64,000 nt of DNA from an uncultured Candidatus Binatia bacterium. GTDB taxonomy: Bacteria > Desulfobacterota > Binatia > UBA9968 > JAJDTQ01. The notes beneath the pieces were generated by a model. The model had not been told where the DNA came from and did no database searches. It was given only the letters and a program-made list of their open reading frames with translations. The stretch's first letter is position 1, and the number at the start of each line of letters is the position of its first letter. Location of the stretch: NCBI GenBank assembly GCA_965213675.1, contig OZ243916.1, positions 416,001 to 480,000 on the forward strand, written 5' to 3'. Made by a program: the position numbers and the translations under genes. Positions 48,711 through 58,304 of the stretch are shown here, piece after piece.

Positions 48711-50311
48711 GGGACCGGCGCCGCCGCGGCCCGCCGGCGCCGGCGGTCGTTGATGAGCGGCCAGGCGATGCTCGCGATGATGACGCCCAGGATGATGAGC
48801 ACCCCTGGGCGCGCGAGGAAGCTGAACTCGTAGCGCGACCACGTGATCCACAGATAGTTGTCCGCCAGGCGCCCCAGCACGAGACCCAGCAGGAGTGCCG
48901 GGCGGGACCAGTCGAACACCACCATGAGCCAGCCCAGGGCGCCGAAGATCAGCGTGATGACGATGTCGCCGATGCTGTTGCTGTGGGTGTAGGAGCCCAG
49001 ATAGATGAACAGCAGCAGCGGCGGGATCAGCAGCGTTCCCTTGATGCGCGTGAGCCGGGCCAACTGGTTCAGGAACAGGAAGCACACGGACACGGTTATG
49101 ACGTTGGACACGACCAGCACCCACACCAGGGACAGGGTCACGTCCAGGTCCTTGGTCAGCATGGAAGTGCCGGGGCGCAGTCCCAGGATCAGAAAAGCGC
49201 CCAGCAGAATGGCGGTGGTGACGTTGCCGGGGATGCCGAAGGCGATGGTGGGGATGAGCGCGCCGCCGAGCGTCGAATTGTTGGCCGCGCCGGGACCCAC
49301 CACGCCCTCGATGACGCCGGTGCCCACTTGGTCCTGCTTGCCCGCGGACTGCATGGCGTGGGCGTACGCCACCCACTGGGAAACCGGTCCGCCCATGCCC
49401 GGGATGATGCCGATGTAGGTGCCCATGGCGCTGCAGCGGATCACCAGCCACCAGTGGCGCAGCGCGTCCTTCACTCCCTGGAGCACCCCGCCCAGACGCC
49501 CCACGCGGGCCTGCGCGATGCTGCCCCCCTTGGTGGCCAGGTCGATGATCTCGGGGATGGCGAAGAGCCCCACCGTGGCGGGCACGAGCCCGATGCCGGC
49601 GCCGCCGGTCTCGCCGCCGCCCCAGAGGTAGATGAAGCCGAAGGTGTAACGCTCGGTGGCGGTCTGGAGGTCGAGGCCCACCAGCGAGAAGATGAAGCCC
49701 AGCCCGCCCGCGGCCAGCCCCTTGACCACGCTGCCGCCGCTCAGCGCCCCCACGAAGGTCACGCCCGCCACCGTGAGCATGAAGAACTCCGGCGTGCCCA
49801 GCGCCAGGACCAGCGGGGTCACGATGGGGATGGCCACGGCGATGGCGCAGGCGCCCACCAGGGCGCCCATGAGCGAGCTCATGAGCGAGGCGCCGAGAGC
49901 GCGTCCCGCCTCGCCTTTCTTGGCCATGGGGTGGCCTTCCACGATGGTGGAGGCGGTGGATCCCTCGCCGGGAATGCCGAAGAGGATGGAGGTAATGTCG
50001 CCGGTGGTGGCGGTCACGGCCATCATCCCCAGCAGAAAGGAGAACGCCTCCACCGCGTCCATCTTGAGCTGGAACGCGAAACCGAGCATGAGGGCCATGG
50101 TCACCGGTCCGCCGAGACCGGGCAGCATGCCCACGGCGAAACCGATCAGGTTGCCCAGCAGCAGGTAGCCGAAGGCGGGCCAGGCGAAGACCCGGAGGAG
50201 GCCCTTCACGGAGGCCGCGCCGATCTCCGCGGCCATGCCCTGGGCCATGAAGATCCACAGCGCCAGGACAGTCAGGACGGCGAGCCCGGTGAGGCGGCGG
50301 TTGGCGGTCAC
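48707..50311 (-). CDS. tctA: TTT large permease TctA
   Basis: GMLPGLGG, GIPGE, EGHPMAKKGEAGRAL, AANN, FGIPG. Confidence 0.93.
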   Translation of the reverse strand: MTANRRLTGLAVLTVLALWIFMAQGMAAEIGAASVKGLLRVFAWPAFGYLLLGNLIGFAVGMLPGLGGPVTMALMLGFAFQLKMDAVEAFSFLLGMMAVTATTGDITSILFGIPGEGSTASTIVEGHPMAKKGEAGRALGASLMSSLMGALVGACAIAVAIPIVTPLVLALGTPEFFMLTVAGVTFVGALSGGSVVKGLAAGGLGFIFSLVGLDLQTATERYTFGFIYLWGGGETGGAGIGLVPATVGLFAIPEIIDLATKGGSIAQARVGRLGGVLQGVKDALRHWWLVIRCSAMGTYIGIIPGMGGPVSQWVAYAHAMQSAGKQDQVGTGVIEGVVGPGAANNSTLGGALIPTIAFGIPGNVTTAILLGAFLILGLRPGTSMLTKDLDVTLSLVWVLVVSNVITVSVCFLFLNQLARLTRIKGTLLIPPLLLFIYLGSYTHSNSIGDIVITLIFGALGWLMVVFDWSRPALLLGLVLGRLADNYLWITWSRYEFSFLARPGVLIILGVIIASIAWPLINDRRRRRAAAAPVP

Positions 50312-50336
50312 GCGGGTGGTTCCGGCACGTCGGCGT

Positions 50337-51416
50337 TCACGGCTTCTGCGCCATGGCCTTCAGTAGCGCGACGGCTTCAGGATCGCTCTTCTGGATCTCC
50401 ACCACCCGGTCGATGATGGCCTGGGCCTGGGGTGCGTTGAGGGAGATCAGCTCGAAACCGATGGCCTTCTTGAAGTGGGCGCGCATGGCGGGGTCTTTGA
50501 GGAAGCGGTCGAAACTCGCCGCCATGGTGTCGAAGGTGGCGTCGGGGACGCGCGGCGCGTAGACCCAGCCGCGCCGGACGCCCGCCAGGAAGGCCAGGGT
50601 CTCCATGGCGCGGTAGCGCACGTCCTTGCGGATGGACTCGCCCTTGATCTCCAGGACGATCTCGAAATAGGTGGGGATGTCCGGCAGACGCGGATCCCGG
50701 ATGATCTTGCCGTCCTGAACGGTGCCTTCCTGGGCCAGGGGAACGACGATGCCCTCCTTGATCATGGGCTCCACCGCGGTGAAGTAGGCGCTCTGGCTGT
50801 CGTTGGTCATGCCCAACTCGCCCCGGCGAATGGCCGCGCGCATGTCGCCGCTGCTGCCGTAGCCCGTCACCACCTTGTGGTCGTTGCCGAGGATTTTCAT
50901 GAGCAGCCGCGGCAGCATGGCGCGCGGGCTCTGGATCGACGTGGTGCCGAAGAATATCTTCTTCTTGAGGCCGGCCAATTCGGCGCCCTTGCGGATGCCC
51001 AACTCCTTGCTGGCGAAGGCGATGGTGGTCTCGCGCACGCCACCGAGCCAGCGCAGCTTGGCCAGCTCGAACCGGACCTTGTCGGGCTTGAAGATGGTGT
51101 CCGTGACCGACGTCGAGAACTGTCCGATGACAGTGCCGTCGGTGGGCGCGGAGTTGTAGACCCAGTTCTCGCCGACGATGCCGCCGCCGCCGGGCATGTT
51201 GCGTATGATCATCGTGGGGTTGCCCGGGATCTGTGCGCCCATGAACGGCAACATCTGGCGCGCCATGATGTCGGCGGCCCCGCCCACGCTGTAGGGGATC
51301 AGGATGGCCACCGTCTTGCCTTCGAAGGACACCTCGGCCACGGTCCGGGTGGCGCTTCCGAACAGAAGGCACAGGGCGACGGCAACGGTTGCGAGAGCTG
51401 TGGAAAGTCGTTTCAT
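50337..51416 (-). CDS. tctC: TTT substrate-binding protein TctC/Bug
   Basis: Signal peptide, IPYSVGGAAD, NMPGGGG, APTDG, LPDIPT. Confidence 0.92.
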   Translation of the reverse strand: MKRLSTALATVAVALCLLFGSATRTVAEVSFEGKTVAILIPYSVGGAADIMARQMLPFMGAQIPGNPTMIIRNMPGGGGIVGENWVYNSAPTDGTVIGQFSTSVTDTIFKPDKVRFELAKLRWLGGVRETTIAFASKELGIRKGAELAGLKKKIFFGTTSIQSPRAMLPRLLMKILGNDHKVVTGYGSSGDMRAAIRRGELGMTNDSQSAYFTAVEPMIKEGIVVPLAQEGTVQDGKIIRDPRLPDIPTYFEIVLEIKGESIRKDVRYRAMETLAFLAGVRRGWVYAPRVPDATFDTMAASFDRFLKDPAMRAHFKKAIGFELISLNAPQAQAIIDRVVEIQKSDPEAVALLKAMAQKP

Positions 51417-51688
51417 GGAGTGCTCCTTCCTGGGTTGATCCAAGGCCCTTGTATTGCGGGCCGGCGCTCCGTGTCAACCGCAAAGGCGTCCGGGAGTGTA
51501 CGGCATGCTCGTGAGGCAGGGCCAGGCGCCGGGCTCGGTTTGACAACCCACGGCCCTTCGGCTAAGAACGCCGAATCTTCGTAGGCTCCAGTCGATACTG
51601 TCCTGCGCCGCGAACGACCGCACGTCCGTAGGGAGTTCGTTGGCGGCACGGCAAAGTCGTACCCAACCCATTTGCAAAGAGGTGACAC

Positions 51689-53134
51689 ATGCCCAAGAGC
51701 TTGGGATCGTTTCTGGAAGACTGCCGGCGTGAGATTCCCAACGAGGTGGTCCACGTGACAAAGCAGGTGGACCCGGCGCACTACGACGTGAGCGCGCTCA
51801 TCAAGCACCTCGACGAGATGCGCAAGTTCCCCATCCTGGTCTTCGACAACCCGCTGAACCTGCACGGGCAGCAGTCGGAGATCAAGCTGGCCATGAACTG
51901 CGAGATCTCCCAGGGCAAGACCCAGGTGGCCCTTGGGTTGGACAAGAGCACGAGCCGGGAAGTCATGACCGACATCTGTCTGGAGCGTGAGGAGCATCGT
52001 GTGGAGCCGGTGGTCATCGAGCGCGATCAGGCGCCGGTCATGGAGAACGTGCAGACCGGCAAGGACGTCGACATCTACCAGATCCCGGTGATGCGGCACC
52101 ACTACATGGACGGCGGCCCCTACATCGTCATGTCCACCATTACCAAGGAACGGACTTCCGGCATCTACAATTGCTCGTATCACCGCATGGAGGTGAAGTC
52201 GCCGCAAAGCACCGCGCTCTACGCGTCGCCGCGCCACCTGTGGAAGATCTTCAAGGACTACGAGGACAACAACCTGGAATGTCCGGTGGCCACGGTGCTG
52301 GGACACCATCCGGCGTACCACATGGGGGCGTGCTACAGCGGCCCGTTCGAGGTGAGCGAGTTCGACATCATCGGCGGCTACATGCAGGAGCCGCTGCGCC
52401 TGACGCCCTCCTCCACCTGGGGCGACAACTTCCTGATCCCGGCGGACGCCGAGGTGGTCATCGAGGGCCTGTTGCAGCCCAACAAGCGCGTGGTGGAAGG
52501 TCCCTTCGGCGAGGCGCCGGGGTACCTCGGGCCGCAGCGCTACTCCACCTGCGTGGAATACAAGGTGACGGCCATGAGTTGGCGCAAGGGCGCCATGTTC
52601 CAGTCCATCATCACCCCGGAGGGGGACAAGCCGTGGATGGACCTGCCGCGGGAGGGCGCCTATTTGCGCCGTTGCCGCGAGGCCGTGCCGGGTGTGACCG
52701 CGGTGTGCAAGATGGGCCGCCACGCCCACTACAACGTGTTCATTTCCATGAAGAAGATGTCGGAAGGCGACCCCGGGCGCGCGGCGGCGGCGGCCCTGAC
52801 CTTCGACCACACCAAGAACGTCTTCGTGTTCGACGAGGACATCAACGTGTACAATCCCACGGACATCCTGTGGGCGCTGGCCACACGCGTACAGCCGCAT
52901 CGCCAGATATCGATCCTGAAACCGCTTTTCCGCGGCAACTTCCTCGATCCGTCCCTGGTGGACGAAATCAAGACCTCCGGGATGATCGTGGACGCGACGC
53001 GGCCGCTGGACCGGCCGTTCTCGCCGGTGTCCAAGGTGCCGGACGAGGCCATGGAGCGGGTCAAGGTCGAGGACTTCATTCCAGGCGAGATCGTGTCGCA
53101 TATTCCCATCGACCGTACCACGTACTGGTCGTAA
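51689..53134 (+). CDS. UbiD-family decarboxylase
   Basis: DGGPYI, YHR, EGPFGE, VFDEDINV, WALATR, LDPS, DATRP. Confidence 0.93.
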   Translation: MPKSLGSFLEDCRREIPNEVVHVTKQVDPAHYDVSALIKHLDEMRKFPILVFDNPLNLHGQQSEIKLAMNCEISQGKTQVALGLDKSTSREVMTDICLEREEHRVEPVVIERDQAPVMENVQTGKDVDIYQIPVMRHHYMDGGPYIVMSTITKERTSGIYNCSYHRMEVKSPQSTALYASPRHLWKIFKDYEDNNLECPVATVLGHHPAYHMGACYSGPFEVSEFDIIGGYMQEPLRLTPSSTWGDNFLIPADAEVVIEGLLQPNKRVVEGPFGEAPGYLGPQRYSTCVEYKVTAMSWRKGAMFQSIITPEGDKPWMDLPREGAYLRRCREAVPGVTAVCKMGRHAHYNVFISMKKMSEGDPGRAAAAALTFDHTKNVFVFDEDINVYNPTDILWALATRVQPHRQISILKPLFRGNFLDPSLVDEIKTSGMIVDATRPLDRPFSPVSKVPDEAMERVKVEDFIPGEIVSHIPIDRTTYWS

Positions 53135-53272
53135 CCAACTCTGTTCCGTTGTCGTGCGGCTCTTGACGGCGTCCCTCGGCGCCGAGTCAAGTGTGGGGCG
53201 AACGCTGCCGTTGGTCTCGGGTGAGCCGAAGGGCGCATTCCGTCGATTCATTCAGAACGAAAGGAACCCCTC

Positions 53273-53419
53273 ATGGGTCAGGCTGTTGAAGTCACTTGTC
53301 CGAAATGCGGTGAGAAATTCGTTGTGAACCCGCACATGCTGGGCTCGGGCATGGAGTTCCACTGCCCCTTCTGCAGCGCCTACTTCCCCGAGGAAGAAAG
53401 CCCTCACATCTGGAAGTAG
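53273..53419 (+). CDS. Small zinc-ribbon protein (48 aa), not in ORF track
   Basis: MGQAVEVTCPKCGEKFVVNPHMLGSGMEFHCPFCSAYFPEEESPHIWK*; two CxxC motifs; GAAAGGA RBS. Confidence 0.82.
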   Translation: MGQAVEVTCPKCGEKFVVNPHMLGSGMEFHCPFCSAYFPEEESPHIWK

Positions 53420-53449
53420 GAGAGTTCGTCGCCCCACGATTTCTTCGAT

Positions 53450-54388
53450 TTGGGGCGCCTCCTCGCCTTCCGGGAGGCGCTGGAACGCGTCGCGGCCGCG
53501 GATGCGCCCGCCGCCGTCCTGATGCGCGGCCGGGAGCCGGCCCGGGGCGGCCGCGTGGGCGTCCTGCCGGGTTCCTTCAATCCCCTCACCGCCGCCCATC
53601 TGGAGCTGGCGCGGGCGGCCCGGCGGCGCTTCGAGCTGGACACCGTCGTCTTCTCCATCAGCAGCGTCATCGTCGACAAGGAACGGGTGGAAGGGCTGTG
53701 CCGCGAGGACCGGCTGCTGCTGCTTTCGTTGGTGGCGCAGGACGATCCCGGAACCGCGGTGGCGGTGGTCAACCGCGGCCTCTATTCCGGGCAGGCGCCT
53801 GCGTTCCGCGCGTGTTTCGGCGATGACGCGGATCTGTGGTTCATCGTGGGCATGGACAAGGTGCTGCAGATCTTCGACCCCCGATACTACGAGGACCGCG
53901 ATGCCGCGCTGGACAAGCTCTTCGCCCACGTGCGGCTCATCGCCGCCAACCGCGAGGCTTGGGACGTCGAGGCGCTGCGCGCACTGCTGGACCGGCCCGA
54001 CAACGCGCCCTACAGGGACCGGGTGCAACCGCTGGCGTTGCCGCCGCGCCTGCGGCATCAATCCTCCAGCGCCGTGCGCCGGAGCGTCGGGGGCGGGGAG
54101 CCAACCGGCGACGCGGTCTCGCGCCCCGTGCGCGAGTTCATCGAAGCCACGGGCGCGTACCGGGAACCCTACGAGTTGCGCCTGGCGGCGCTCGACATGC
54201 TTTATCCCGTGCGTGAATGGGCGGCGCGGGAAGTCGCGTTGGATGTCTTGATGGCGCGGGCGGCGGATGCCGCGGGTGGCGGGACGGTGCGCGAACTCCT
54301 GCGCGCGCCGCTGCCGCCCGAGGAGTTCAAGTCCCGGCTGAGCGCGCTGGGTCTGGCGCGCTCCCGCGTCCAGGCGCCTGCGCCGTAG
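53450..54388 (+). CDS. Cytidylyltransferase-superfamily nucleotidyltransferase (NadD/NMNAT-like)
   Basis: PGSFNPLTAAH (HIGH variant), FIVGMDK, SSSAVR. Start uncertain. Confidence 0.82.
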   Translation: MGRLLAFREALERVAAADAPAAVLMRGREPARGGRVGVLPGSFNPLTAAHLELARAARRRFELDTVVFSISSVIVDKERVEGLCREDRLLLLSLVAQDDPGTAVAVVNRGLYSGQAPAFRACFGDDADLWFIVGMDKVLQIFDPRYYEDRDAALDKLFAHVRLIAANREAWDVEALRALLDRPDNAPYRDRVQPLALPPRLRHQSSSAVRRSVGGGEPTGDAVSRPVREFIEATGAYREPYELRLAALDMLYPVREWAAREVALDVLMARAADAAGGGTVRELLRAPLPPEEFKSRLSALGLARSRVQAPAP

Positions 54389-54595
54389 AAACAGCGGCCC
54401 GACGAACTCCCGCAGGGGCGAAAACCCCACTCGATCCATCCACTTCAACGGGGTCGCTTGCGACCGCGTATTCCGCCGGCGCAAGCTCCGGGCCGCGGCC
54501 ACGCAACCGGCGAGACACTCGCGCCGTTGCGCGTCCGACCCGCGCCCGGCGCCCCCGTGCACGAGCTCCGTACACGATGATGGCGGGCCGGAATT

Positions 54596-55669
54596 TCACC
54601 ATGCCGCCAACTCCCCGCCGTGGCCGGCGCGGACGCGCCCCAGTTCATAGCGCGATTCGTTCACTTCGTAGCCGCCGCGCACTGGGTCCTCGGCCAGCAG
54701 CAGGGGGGTGTCGAGGTCGATCCACTGGAAGGCGCCGGTGCCGGCCGCCAGATGGACGCTGAAGCCCATGGCCAGACGCGTCTCCACCATGCCGCCGATC
54801 ATGAGGCCGAGACCCGAGGCGCGGGCGATGGCGATGATCTCCAACGCCTGAACCACGCCGCACTTGGCGAGCTTGATGTTGATCACCTGCGCGAGACCGT
54901 GGCGCGCGATGCGCGCGGCGTCCTCGGCGGAGCGGCAGGATTCGTCCGCCGCCACGGGTACGCCCGCCTCCCGCGCCAGGCGCGCCAAGCCGTCCCAGTC
55001 CTCCCGCGGCACCGGTTGCTCCAGGAGCGCGGGCTCCAGTCCCAGGCGGCGTAGCGCGCCGAGCACGGCCAGCGCCTGGCGCGCGTCGTAGCCTTCGTTG
55101 GCGTCGAGGATGAGACGGCACCCCGGGTGGCCGCCGCAGATCGCGCGAACGCGCGCGATGTCGCCATCGACATCGCCGCCGACCTTGGTCTTCAGCGTGG
55201 TGAACCCGCGGGCGCGGTATTCCGCGGCCAAGGCGCGGGCCTGTGCGGGATCGCAGATGGGAATGGTGATGTCCGTTTCCAGGGACGCGGACGCGCCGCC
55301 GAAGTATTCGAAAAGGGGAACGCCGTGGGTGCGCGCGAGGGCGTCGAAAAGCGCCATCTCCAGGCCAGCCCGGACCGTGGGAAAGCCCTCCAGGGTGGCC
55401 GACAACGCGGCCAGGAGCGGACGCCAGCGCTGCGCTTCCTTGCCGGTCCACGACGCGCCAGCCCGACGCGCCGCCGCCAGCGCCGTGGCCTGAGTTTCCG
55501 GCGTCACCGTGGGCAGGGTCGGAATCTCCCCCCAGCCACTCACGCCGTCGGCGAGATCCAGCCGCACGGCGACGTTGGCGACCGTGTCCAGGCGCGCCCC
55601 GGCAATGGTGAAAGGCGCCTTGAGCGCCACGTCCAGGGGGTGGGCTTCGATGCGGGTGATGCGCGGCAT
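54596..55669 (-). CDS. L-Ala-D/L-Glu dipeptide epimerase (enolase superfamily)
   Basis: PFTIA, KTKVG, LDANEG, LEQP, ADES, NIKLAK, GGMVET, DLDTP. Confidence 0.92.
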   Translation of the reverse strand: MPRITRIEAHPLDVALKAPFTIAGARLDTVANVAVRLDLADGVSGWGEIPTLPTVTPETQATALAAARRAGASWTGKEAQRWRPLLAALSATLEGFPTVRAGLEMALFDALARTHGVPLFEYFGGASASLETDITIPICDPAQARALAAEYRARGFTTLKTKVGGDVDGDIARVRAICGGHPGCRLILDANEGYDARQALAVLGALRRLGLEPALLEQPVPREDWDGLARLAREAGVPVAADESCRSAEDAARIARHGLAQVINIKLAKCGVVQALEIIAIARASGLGLMIGGMVETRLAMGFSVHLAAGTGAFQWIDLDTPLLLAEDPVRGGYEVNESRYELGRVRAGHGGELAAW

Positions 55670-55883
55670 GGGGGTTCCGGGCGGGTGACACCGGAGGCGT
55701 ACAGATCAGTGTGGCGTTTCACGCATGCGTTGGCAAGTGACGAATCCCGCGAGAGAGGAGCCTCAAGTCGGCGGACCGGGAGAAGGCGAAGGCCCGTCGC
55801 TTCATCGGCCCGGATCTGTTACGTTCCCGGGCATCGCAGTGCGCGGACGTTGCGCCTGCGCGGCGTGCCAGGGAGGACCGAGC

Positions 55884-56681
55884 ATGATTTCCGAGGTCGA
55901 GTTCGCTGCCGGCAAGAAGGGGTATCTGGCGAAACCCGCGGACGGCGGCCGCCACCCAGCCGTGATCCAGCTCCATGAACGCTACGGCGTCGTCCAGCAC
56001 ACCACGGACATCGCCGAGCGTCTGGCGCGGAACGGCTACGTGGTTCTGGCGCCCGACATGTTTTCCCGTTTCACGGGAGACCGGGAAGCGTTGGCGCGCG
56101 GCGACATCGGCGCCGGCATCCGCGACGACGAGGCGCTGGCGGATCTGGACGAGTGTGTCCGTTACCTGCGCGGTCTCGACGAGGTCGACGGCGGGCGCCT
56201 GGCGGTGATGGGCGTGTGCCAGACGGGCCGGCAACCCCTGCTGGCGGCGGCCCATCGCAACGACCTGCGCTGCGCGGTGGTGTTCTACGGCGGCATCTAC
56301 CAGCGCGACTGGGAATCCCACGAGGAGCGTCCCACCCCGGTGGGGGAGTTCATCCAGCGCTTGTCCTGCCCGGTGCTGGGGGTATTCGGCGACAGCGACC
56401 ACATCATCTCGGTGGACGACGTGCGTCGTTTCCGCCGCGCCCTGGAGGACGCCCGGAAGACCTACTGCATTCGCATCTTCCGCGACGCGCCCCACGGCTG
56501 GCTCAACGACACCATGCCGGGGCGTTACCGGCCGGAAGCGGCGGAAGACGCCTGGGCGCTGTTGTTCCGCTTTCTCCAGCGGCACATGGCCGGGGAGGCC
56601 GACGCGTCGCGCGTGGAATGGGAGTTCGAGGGCGACGTCCCCGCCGCATACGACTTCTCCAGGATGGTGCGGCTGGCCTGA
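55884..56681 (+). CDS. Dienelactone hydrolase family protein
   Basis: HERYG, GYVVLAPD, GVCQTG, VFYGG, GDSD, APHGW. Confidence 0.9.
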   Translation: MISEVEFAAGKKGYLAKPADGGRHPAVIQLHERYGVVQHTTDIAERLARNGYVVLAPDMFSRFTGDREALARGDIGAGIRDDEALADLDECVRYLRGLDEVDGGRLAVMGVCQTGRQPLLAAAHRNDLRCAVVFYGGIYQRDWESHEERPTPVGEFIQRLSCPVLGVFGDSDHIISVDDVRRFRRALEDARKTYCIRIFRDAPHGWLNDTMPGRYRPEAAEDAWALLFRFLQRHMAGEADASRVEWEFEGDVPAAYDFSRMVRLA

Positions 56682-56846
56682 ATTCCCTGGCGTGTCCTTT
56701 CGCCCACGGACGGCTCGCCAACCTCACGACCACCGGATACGAACGGCGCGCGGCCCGCGTTTCGTTTGGTTTCCCGGAGATTATTGCTTAAGTTGAGTCA
56801 CCCGGAGTTGCTTGAATCGAGTCATTCAGATTGCATTCAGAGTGTC

Positions 56847-57467
56847 ATGGGGCGGAGTTTTGCGGAAACGGGAGGCCTACGCGTGAGCCCCGGACGCACA
56901 TGGCTGTGCAGGTTGCTGCTGGCGGCGTGTTGCCTGGTGCCGTCCGTGTGGGCCGAGGAGGGTCCGAGGGCCGGGATCGAGCAGGCCCTGCGCGCCGGGC
57001 TCGCGATCCTCGCCGACGCCAGTCTTCCGGAGGAAGCCAGGATCAACGGCGTCCGAGGGGTGATCATGCCCCTGTTCGATTTCTCCGAGATGGCGCGGCG
57101 TTCCCTGGGCTCGCACTGGCGTCGCCGGACGCCGGAAGAGCGGGAAGAGTTCGCCCGGCTTTTCGGCGCGCTCCTGGAGAAGACCTATACCAGCCGCATC
57201 GCCGCGTTCCAGGGCCAGCGAGTACAGGTCACCGGCGAGGAGATCGACGGGGGCTACGCCCAGGTGGAAACCCAGGTCCTGGACCAGGAGGGACGCAGGT
57301 ACGACCTGGACTATCGCCTGCGCCGCGTGGAGTCCAACGGCAAATGGCTCGTCTATGACATCATTTTCCAGGACATCAGCCTGGTCAACAACTACCGCGC
57401 GCAGTTCAGCCGCGTGATCAACCGGAGTTCGTATGACAACCTGGTGGCCAGGCTTCGCGCGCGGTAG
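56847..57467 (+). CDS. mlaC: MlaC/Ttg2D phospholipid-binding periplasmic protein
   Basis: FDFSEMARRSLGSHW, WLVYDI, ISLVNNYRAQF. Start uncertain. Confidence 0.9.
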   Translation: MGRSFAETGGLRVSPGRTWLCRLLLAACCLVPSVWAEEGPRAGIEQALRAGLAILADASLPEEARINGVRGVIMPLFDFSEMARRSLGSHWRRRTPEEREEFARLFGALLEKTYTSRIAAFQGQRVQVTGEEIDGGYAQVETQVLDQEGRRYDLDYRLRRVESNGKWLVYDIIFQDISLVNNYRAQFSRVINRSSYDNLVARLRAR

Positions 57468-57529
57468 CGCGCGTGTCCTGTGCCATGTGCGCTGAGGCCC
57501 GGTTGTCCGACCGGTTGCGCCGAGGACCC

Positions 57530-58267
57530 ATGCAGGAGAAATCGGTTCCGTCCGTGCCCAGGAGAGCGTCCACGCTCGTGCTCGTGCGTCCGGGGCAAGG
57601 CGGGGCGTTCGAGATCTTCATGACGAGACGGCCCCGGGAGATGCGTTTCCTCGGGGGCTTCTTCGTCTTTCCGGGGGGCGCCGTCAAAGGGACGGATGCG
57701 TCGCCGGCCATGCTGGACATGTGTCGCGGGCTTGCGCCCGCGGACGCCCGCGCGCGCCTGGGGGACGAGTTGAGCGCCGAGGACGCCATGGGCCATTGGG
57801 TGGCGGCCATTCGCGAGTTGTACGAGGAAGTGGGGGTGTTGCTGTGCGCCACCCGGGAAACCGGCGCGGCCGTCACCCTGGATACCTGCGAACGCGTGGT
57901 GGCGCGGCGCGCGGCGCTGCTGCGCCGTGAGGTGAGCTTTGCGGAACTGCTGGGCTCCGAAGGGCTTTGCTGCGATGTGGGCAAGCTCGTCTATTTCTAT
58001 CACCGCACCACCCCCGAGCGTTACGCCATGCGCTTCGACACCCGCTTTTTCCTCGCCGCTCTGCCGGAGGGACAGACGCCGCTGGAGGTATCGGAGGAGG
58101 TGACGGAAAGCCTCTGGCTCACCCCGGCCGAGGGGTTGCAGCGGGCCGGGCGCGGACGCATGGCCATCATCCCGCCGACGTTGGCGACCCTGCGCACCCT
58201 GGCGGAACTGGAAACATGGGACGCGCTGTGCCGGGACTTCGCCTTGCCGCTGCCAGAGAACGCATGA
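57530..58267 (+). CDS. NUDIX hydrolase (NUDT19-like)
   Basis: VFPGG..D, AAIRELYEEVG, TP..RFDTRFF, IIPPT. Confidence 0.9.
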   Translation: MQEKSVPSVPRRASTLVLVRPGQGGAFEIFMTRRPREMRFLGGFFVFPGGAVKGTDASPAMLDMCRGLAPADARARLGDELSAEDAMGHWVAAIRELYEEVGVLLCATRETGAAVTLDTCERVVARRAALLRREVSFAELLGSEGLCCDVGKLVYFYHRTTPERYAMRFDTRFFLAALPEGQTPLEVSEEVTESLWLTPAEGLQRAGRGRMAIIPPTLATLRTLAELETWDALCRDFALPLPENA

Positions 58268-58304
58268 ACCTGCCCGGGAGGGTTGGGAGGGAGCAGTCGA
58301 TACC

